64,000 nucleotides of DNA from a bacterium (lineage in GTDB: Bacteria; UBA8248), in contig OZ253442.1 in the NCBI GenBank assembly GCA_965261085.1, positions 1,824,001 through 1,888,000 on the forward strand, written 5' to 3'. The first letter of the stretch is position 1. The number at the start of each line of letters is the position of its first letter. The position numbers and the translations under genes were made by a program. The notes below the pieces were generated by a model, which saw only the letters and a list, made by a program, of their open reading frames with translations, made no database searches and had not been told where the DNA came from. Positions 58,156 to 64,000 of the stretch are shown here, piece after piece.

Positions 58156-58740
58156 TCACGGTTTCCAGGCTTCCGGCGGATCGGCTGCGGTGCGGGCGTG
58201 GCCGTCCCGGGAGAGCCTGTCCCGGAACCATTCCTCGTTCACCCGGTTCGTATATGGGTCCATGACGGCCAGATCGCAGAATATCTCGATGCAGTTGCCC
58301 GATGGGTCCGCAATATAAAGCGCGTGATTCTCGCCCCAGAAGCCGTCTCCCTCGGGGTGCGTGGGGCTGTGGATGGAGGGACCCCAGAAAATTTCAACCT
58401 CCTTCTCTTCGAGATAAGAGGCCCAGTTTTCCAACTGCGTGCGGTCTTCGACCTCGAAGGCGATGTGGTGCAATCCCGTTTGCAAGGTGTCGAAAGAACG
58501 CCCCTCGGGCGGGGCGGGGCCTTCGCCGTCGGGCCAGAAGATGAGGTTCATGTCGTGGTGAAGCTCCGTGCACCTCATGAAGCACAGGCCGAAGGGAAAA
58601 TCGCCCACCGTGCCCGGCTCATATATCTCCGAGATGGTGAAGCCCAGCGTGTTCACGTAGAAATCCTTCGCCGCGTCGATGTCGTGCACTTTTATGGCTG
58701 CGTGCTGAAGCCGCATCAGGCCCTCGGGTGGTCTCGGCAT
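58156..58740 (-). CDS. VOC family protein (extradiol dioxygenase C-domain-like)
   Basis: LQHAAIKV, FYVNTLGF, HHD, GLHHIAFEV, LYIADPSGNCIE. Confidence 0.82.
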   Translation of the reverse strand: MPRPPEGLMRLQHAAIKVHDIDAAKDFYVNTLGFTISEIYEPGTVGDFPFGLCFMRCTELHHDMNLIFWPDGEGPAPPEGRSFDTLQTGLHHIAFEVEDRTQLENWASYLEEKEVEIFWGPSIHSPTHPEGDGFWGENHALYIADPSGNCIEIFCDLAVMDPYTNRVNEEWFRDRLSRDGHARTAADPPEAWKP

Positions 58741-58759
58741 GAAACATTCTCCTCAGTTT

Positions 58760-59896
58760 TTATGAATCAATGCACGCCCAGGAATCCCTGCCCAAATCTC
58801 CCAGGCCCTCACAGCCGTCTTCGGTGACGGCTACGGCGTCTTCAATCTTCACGTGGCCGACTTCCGCGTGGCGGATGTCGCACTCGACGGATACCACCAT
58901 GCCCGCCTCGAGCGTTCGTTCCACCTCGGGTCCGAAGCGCGGCAATTCCTGCTGCACCATGCCGATTCCGTGCACCTCGAAAATTCCCAGATCGGAATAT
59001 CCGGTGTCCGCGAACGCTTCCTGTCCCCGCGCCTGAACCGAAGCGCAACTCGCGCCGGCCCGTATGGCGTCCCGGCAGGCGTCGACCGAGTGGAGACACG
59101 CTTTTCCGAGCTCCTCGGCTAAAGCGGACGGTTCGCCCCGCACCCCCATCCGGCAGATGTCCGACATATAGCCCGCCTCCGATCCGCCTGCGTCGATGTG
59201 GAGGATTTCTCCTTTCTCCCAGATTTTACCGGAGGGCTCGCGCCTCATGCCGGGTCCCGCGGCGGTGAAGGCGTAGTGGAAATGAAGGCCGCGCCGCACC
59301 ATTTCCTCCTCCACCCTTTGCTCCACCTGACGGGTCGTGACGTCGCGCACTCCCTCCTGAAAGCCGGCCTGTATGGCTTCTGAATCCGCAAGCGCGGCGC
59401 GCCGGAATATCTCCAGTTCATCCTCTCTCTTCACGGCGCGCAACTCTTCCAGAATGGCCAGGGAATCGACGAACCGCGCGCCGTGGAGTTCGCGTGCAAG
59501 CGCTTCCATCGCGTCAACGGGCAAGAAGGCGCGCTCGACGGCGATGATTCCCTCACCGAGACCGCGCTTCCTGATGGCCTCGGCCGCCGTTTCCGCCGCG
59601 CCGACGGTTCCCCGCGCCTTGGTGTAGATGACGTCGGGTATCCAGGTATCCACCTCGTTTCGGGGCGACGCCTCGACGCGCCAGGCCACCTGAAAGGCGT
59701 TTTCGGGGTTTCGCCGCGAAATCCCCACGAAAGGAAGGTACTGACTCGGCCCGATGGCGGCCACCCGTTCGCGGAAATGAAAGTAATAGCCTCCCGTCAG
59801 ATAGCGGAGGTTGTGGGGCGTGTGCGCGAGCACGAGGTCGACACCCGCCTCCTCCATCAGGCGATCGAGTTTTTCTTGATCGTAAAGCGGCTTCAT
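58760..59896 (-). CDS. M24 (Xaa-Pro peptidase/creatinase-fold) hydrolase, paralog 2
   Basis: NLRYLTGGYYFHF, LRAVK, HID, SDICR, HGIG, SVE, KIED. Confidence 0.85.
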   Translation of the reverse strand: MKPLYDQEKLDRLMEEAGVDLVLAHTPHNLRYLTGGYYFHFRERVAAIGPSQYLPFVGISRRNPENAFQVAWRVEASPRNEVDTWIPDVIYTKARGTVGAAETAAEAIRKRGLGEGIIAVERAFLPVDAMEALARELHGARFVDSLAILEELRAVKREDELEIFRRAALADSEAIQAGFQEGVRDVTTRQVEQRVEEEMVRRGLHFHYAFTAAGPGMRREPSGKIWEKGEILHIDAGGSEAGYMSDICRMGVRGEPSALAEELGKACLHSVDACRDAIRAGASCASVQARGQEAFADTGYSDLGIFEVHGIGMVQQELPRFGPEVERTLEAGMVVSVECDIRHAEVGHVKIEDAVAVTEDGCEGLGDLGRDSWACIDS

Positions 59897-61026
59897 CAGT
59901 CGATCACCACCCAGTCCTCACGTCCCAGGTCGCCCAAGGGCTCGTACCCATCGGCCGTTACCGCCACGGCGTCTTCCACCTTCACGAAGCCCACCTCGGG
60001 GTGGCGGATGTCGGTCTCTATCGACACCACCATTCCCTCTTCGAGCGCTCGCTCCACCCCGGGGCCGAAATAGGGCTGTTCGTGCGAGACCATGCCGATG
60101 CCGTGGATGATGAAATTGCCGTATTCGCCGTGCTCGGTGTTTTGGAGATACTTCTGGCCCTTCTCGTAGATGTCGCCGCACACCGCGCCCGGGCGGATCT
60201 CTGCGCGCACGTGATCCTGCGTCCCGAGACACGCCTTGTAGAGTTCGTCCGCCAGTGGCGTGGGCTCGCCCCGCACGCCCATGCGGCAGATGTCGGTCAG
60301 GTAGTCTGATTGGGAACCGCCCGCGTCGAGGTGCAGCACTTCTCCTTTTTCCCACACCTTCTCAGACGGAGCGCGCAGCATGCCCGGCCCCGCAGCGGCG
60401 AAGACCCACAGGAAGTGGAGGCCCCTGTCCGTCATGCCCCGCTCCACGGCGTGGGCGACATCGCGCGTCGTGGCTCCGGGCTTGGCCGTCTCGAACGCAT
60501 CGCGGACAGCCTCGGCGTCCGCCTGGGAGATGCGGCGATACAGTTCGATCTCCTCGGGCGTCTTGATGGCGCGAAGCTCCTCGAGTATCGGCAGCGCTTC
60601 CACGAACGTGGCGTTCGGAAGCGCCCTCGAGAGCGCCTCCTTGGCCGCTGCGGGCAGGAAGTTCTCCTCCACGGCGATGGTCCCGCTCCCCAGCCCGCGC
60701 TCGGAGATGGCGTGCGCGGCGTCCGTGGCGGCTTCCGCCGGGACTCTGCCCGAAGGAATGAGCTCTGGTATCCAGAGGTTCTGGTCCTGCGCCTGGCCGA
60801 GTTCGCCGCCCCCGCCGATCAGGAACGATTTTCCGGCGTCGCCGCGCGGGATTCCGGCCAGCGCCATGTACTGGCCGTGTCCGATGGCCGTGAACCTCTC
60901 GTGAAAGTGAAAGTAATAGCCCCCGCACAGATACCGCACGTTCTCCCGCGAGTTGGCCAGAATGAGGTCGACGCCCGCTTCTTGCATGAGGCGGTCGAGT
61001 TTTTCACCATCATAGGGTTGTTGCAT
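59896..61026 (-). CDS. M24 (Xaa-Pro peptidase/creatinase-fold) hydrolase, paralog 1
   Basis: NVRYLCGGYYFHF, LRAIKT, HLD, TDICR, HGIG, SIE, KVED; TGATG coupling to paralog 2. Confidence 0.85.
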   Translation of the reverse strand: MQQPYDGEKLDRLMQEAGVDLILANSRENVRYLCGGYYFHFHERFTAIGHGQYMALAGIPRGDAGKSFLIGGGGELGQAQDQNLWIPELIPSGRVPAEAATDAAHAISERGLGSGTIAVEENFLPAAAKEALSRALPNATFVEALPILEELRAIKTPEEIELYRRISQADAEAVRDAFETAKPGATTRDVAHAVERGMTDRGLHFLWVFAAAGPGMLRAPSEKVWEKGEVLHLDAGGSQSDYLTDICRMGVRGEPTPLADELYKACLGTQDHVRAEIRPGAVCGDIYEKGQKYLQNTEHGEYGNFIIHGIGMVSHEQPYFGPGVERALEEGMVVSIETDIRHPEVGFVKVEDAVAVTADGYEPLGDLGREDWVVID

Positions 61027-61166
61027 GGAAAATCCTCCATTCCTTGTTCGCCCGGAGATAGCTGAAATGATTGTCTGTTGTTCATTTCATCCTCGCGCAG
61101 AATACGGCGGGGGTCAATACGAAACCCCGTGAAATGAGATGACGCATCGACCAACCCGTTTCACCT

Positions 61167-62189
61167 TCAAACAAGGAGAGCGAGTTCTTTTTTCTTGGCT
61201 TCCACGTCGATTCCAAAGAGCCTCGCCTGGTTCTCGCCCAGAATGTTTCGCTTGTCTTGTTCCGTAATGGGAGGATAGCCGTATCGCTCCTGGAGTTCCT
61301 CGTCGATCTCCATCTCCCAGAACCATTCGATCATGGGCTGGGGGTTCCCCAGTAAGGGCGCTTCCGAGCCCCAGAGGATTCGCTCCGAACCTACGTCCCG
61401 AAGGAGCCTGCCCATGTACTCCTTGAACTGCCAGGGCGCGACGAGGGGCAGGTGCATCGTGCCCGAGAGAACGAGCACCACGTTCTCGAAGCGCGCGGCG
61501 ATGTAGACGCATTCCTCGAAGTAGGGGAGCGCCAGATGGTGGATGGCGAAGGTGAGGTCGGGAAAATCCATGGCCGCCTGCTGGATGTCGAGTGGCGTCA
61601 GGTCTTCCAGTCGCGCGCGGGTGATGGGAAAGCCCTTGTGGTACTGGAACACGTTGATCCCCAGTTCGCGGCCTTTTTCGTATATCGGGTAGGCGAGTTC
61701 GGGGTCGTCGCATCGCCAGGAATTCCCGTCGATGTGTGCGTTGTAGAATTTTACCGAGCGCGCGCCCATCTCGCTGATCTGGCGTTCCAGTTCTTCGAGC
61801 GCGCCCTGTACGCTCGGGTACTTGGGGTCCACTCCGCCGCAGAACAAAACGCGCTCCGGATGCGCCCTGGCGAATTCGTATTGCGCCTGAACGGGGGAGA
61901 AGCCCTCCTTGTAGACGTCGTAGAGCACGACGGCCTGCGCCATGGCCATGTCGGTCTCGGAATCCTCGAACACCAGTTTGCCCAACTCCCCACAAGTCCA
62001 TTTCTTGGCGAACCCGCCGATGGGGTCTCCGCCCGCGTAAATGTCTTCCTGGCCCACCGGGCGTCTCCCCTTGCCGGTTCGCAGGTGCCAGAGTCGGTCG
62101 AGGTGGCTGTCCGGGCGGGCGAGGTTCTCATCCGATAGGTCGTACATGTGCACCACGTTGTCGAAAACGAAGACGTCGCCGTTTAGCAT
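61167..62189 (-). CDS. amidohydrolase_2 family protein
   Basis: FDNVVH, YHKG, FPDLTFAIHH, WGSE; start at MLNGDVF (62189). Confidence 0.83.
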   Translation of the reverse strand: MLNGDVFVFDNVVHMYDLSDENLARPDSHLDRLWHLRTGKGRRPVGQEDIYAGGDPIGGFAKKWTCGELGKLVFEDSETDMAMAQAVVLYDVYKEGFSPVQAQYEFARAHPERVLFCGGVDPKYPSVQGALEELERQISEMGARSVKFYNAHIDGNSWRCDDPELAYPIYEKGRELGINVFQYHKGFPITRARLEDLTPLDIQQAAMDFPDLTFAIHHLALPYFEECVYIAARFENVVLVLSGTMHLPLVAPWQFKEYMGRLLRDVGSERILWGSEAPLLGNPQPMIEWFWEMEIDEELQERYGYPPITEQDKRNILGENQARLFGIDVEAKKKELALLV

Positions 62190-62414
62190 TTGAGCGTCCC
62201 CTCTTGGGGTGGGTTTGCTGGATATTTGGGCTAGTTCCAAGCCTAAAATATCGCAAAAACCGCGAATAGGCCACGGGGTGAAACGGGGTCTGGTGAAAAA
62301 AGAGGATTTTCCCAAATGTGGTTGACCATGCGCCCCTGAAACTATACATTGCCACCCGATTGGACGAATCAACCCTCTCGATTTCGAAATTTTTTGCTTT
62401 TTGGGGAGCAATTG

Positions 62415-63092
62415 ATGGGCCGGTTTGCGAAAGTCCTGCAATCATCCATCGGCGCGAAAGTCGCCATGGCCGTCACCGGGATTTTGTTGGTCTTGTTCAT
62501 CATCGCCCACCTGCTCGGCAATCTCCTGATGTTCGTAGGCCCCGAGTCGACGAACGCCTACGCCAAGGGCTTGAAGGATCTGGGCGCCTTGCTGTGGGTG
62601 GCGCGGGTCGGCCTGCTGGTCGTGTTTTTGATCCACATCGGCTCGGCCCTGCGCCTTTGGCGTCTGAACCGGGCCGCCCGGCCGCAAGCCTACGCCGTGG
62701 TCGATTCCAGCGTGGTCACCTATGCGGGCCGCTCCATCGTACTGACGGGCGCCGTGGTTCTGGCCTTCGCCGCCTACCATCTGCTTCATTTCACGCTGTT
62801 CGCCACGAACCCGGACTTCGCCCAGTTGCACGATGCGCAAGGCCGCCATGACGTCTACAGGATGGTGATTCTGGGATTCAGGAACGTCGCGGTGTCGGGC
62901 GTGTATCTCGTCTCGATGATTCTTCTCGGGCTGCATCTGAGCCACGGCGTGACGAGTCTGTTCCAGTCCCTCGGGATAAACAATCCGTCTTACAACCCTT
63001 TCATCAAACGGCTGGGTCCGTGGAGCGGCGTCCTCGTCGCCGTCGGCTTCATGTCGATTCCATTGGCCGTATTGGCGGGTGTATTGAAATAG
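62415..63092 (+). CDS. sdhC: succinate dehydrogenase cytochrome b subunit
   Basis: SSIGAK..MAVTG, HLLGNL, HI, YHLLHF, HLSHG..S.FQSLG; directly upstream of sdhA. Confidence 0.88.
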   Translation: MGRFAKVLQSSIGAKVAMAVTGILLVLFIIAHLLGNLLMFVGPESTNAYAKGLKDLGALLWVARVGLLVVFLIHIGSALRLWRLNRAARPQAYAVVDSSVVTYAGRSIVLTGAVVLAFAAYHLLHFTLFATNPDFAQLHDAQGRHDVYRMVILGFRNVAVSGVYLVSMILLGLHLSHGVTSLFQSLGINNPSYNPFIKRLGPWSGVLVAVGFMSIPLAVLAGVLK

Positions 63093-63116
63093 TTCTCCCT
63101 TGGTGAGGAGAAGGGT

Positions 63117-64000
63117 ATGGATACGAACGGCAGCCTGAACGGAAACGTCCCCGCAGGTCCTCTGGCGGAGAAGTGGGACAACCACCGCTTCAACATGAAG
63201 CTCGTGAATCCGGCCAACAGACGCCGCTACAAGGTGATCGTGGTGGGCTCGGGGCTGGCCGGCGGTGGCGCTGCGGCCACGCTGGGCGAGTTGGGCTACA
63301 ACGTGGATTGTTTCTGTTATCAGGACAGCCCCCGCCGGGCGCACTCCATCGCGGCGCAGGGCGGAATCAACGCCGCCAAGAACTACCAGAACGACGGCGA
63401 CAGCACCTACAGGCTCTTCTACGACACCATCAAGGGGGGCGATTTCCGCTCCCGTGAGTCGAACGTGTATCGCCTGGCGCAGGTGAGCGCGAACATCATC
63501 GACCAGTGCGTCGCCATGGGCGTGCCCTTCGCGCGTGAGTATGGCGGGCAGCTTGTGAACCGCTCCTTCGGCGGGGCGCAGGTGTCGAGAACCTTCTACG
63601 CCAGGGGCCAGACGGGCCAGCAACTCCTCCTGGGCGTGTATGCGGCCCTGAGCCGGCAGGTAGCGGCCGGAACGGTGAAGATGCACTCGCGCACCGAGAT
63701 GCTCGAGATCGTCCTGGTCGACGGGCAGGCGAAGGGCGTCATCACCAGAAACCTCGTGACGGGCGAAATTGAAAAACACGCGGCCGACGTGGTCGTCATG
63801 GCGACTGGCGGATACGGTCCGGTGTTCTACCTTTCCACCAATGCCATGGGGAACAACGTCACCGCCTCGATACGCGCGTACATGAAGGGCGCTTATTTCG
63901 CGAATCCGTGTTACACGCAGATTCACCCCACGTGCATACCCGTTTCGGGGGACCACCAATCCAAACTTACGCTCATGTCCGAATCCTTGAGAAACGACGG
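63117..64000 (+). CDS. sdhA: succinate dehydrogenase/fumarate reductase flavoprotein (runs off window; not in ORF track)
   Basis: GAGGAG RBS, ATG 63117; [51 protein letters not shown]. Confidence 0.93.
   Translation, partial: MDTNGSLNGNVPAGPLAEKWDNHRFNMKLVNPANRRRYKVIVVGSGLAGGGAAATLGELGYNVDCFCYQDSPRRAHSIAAQGGINAAKNYQNDGDSTYRLFYDTIKGGDFRSRESNVYRLAQVSANIIDQCVAMGVPFAREYGGQLVNRSFGGAQVSRTFYARGQTGQQLLLGVYAALSRQVAAGTVKMHSRTEMLEIVLVDGQAKGVITRNLVTGEIEKHAADVVVMATGGYGPVFYLSTNAMGNNVTASIRAYMKGAYFANPCYTQIHPTCIPVSGDHQSKLTLMSESLRND

Overview
GC-rich bacterial chromosome segment, densely coding. From left to right: (1) 1-9.1 kb, a heat-shock superoperon clpB(5' partial)-dnaK-cbpA-like dnaJ-hspR-htpX-grpE-dnaJ-DUF1844-rpoZ. 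(2) 9-13 kb, housekeeping genes: PLP aminotransferase, IHF/HU, queA, TrmJ-type methylase. (3) 13-18.4 kb, a DMSO-reductase-family operon with a fused Fe-S/NrfD subunit, a Tat-less catalytic subunit and a TorD-type chaperone. (4) 18.5-36 kb, envelope/lipid and metabolic genes, including an epimerase with an apparent ATC start, korAB, a PIG-L deacetylase, an AttEFGH-like ABC/lipocalin module and a 4-domain rhodanese. (5) 36-47.5 kb, accessory catabolic genes, two unannotated small ORFs and a nested MITE-like palindromic element. (6) 47.6-58 kb, a surface-protein island and the most unusual part of the window. It holds REP-like palindromes, an internally deleted IS1111-type (IS110) element that keeps a bridge-RNA-like right end, and three cassette-like genes built from 8 copies of a PPC-like beta-sandwich (conserved framework, hypervariable loops) plus cadherin repeats. 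The element and cassettes are bracketed by ~107-bp inverted repeats and followed by an autotransporter with a 15-coil histidine ladder. (7) 58-64 kb, an amidohydrolase/tandem M24/VOC operon and sdhC-sdhA(3' partial). No rRNA, tRNA, CRISPR array or reverse transcriptase was seen. The gene content (cadherin/PPC adhesins, expanded M24, amidohydrolase and molybdoenzyme families) resembles host-associated, e.g. sponge-symbiont, lineages; this is inference only. All family calls come from motif recognition by eye, with no database search.
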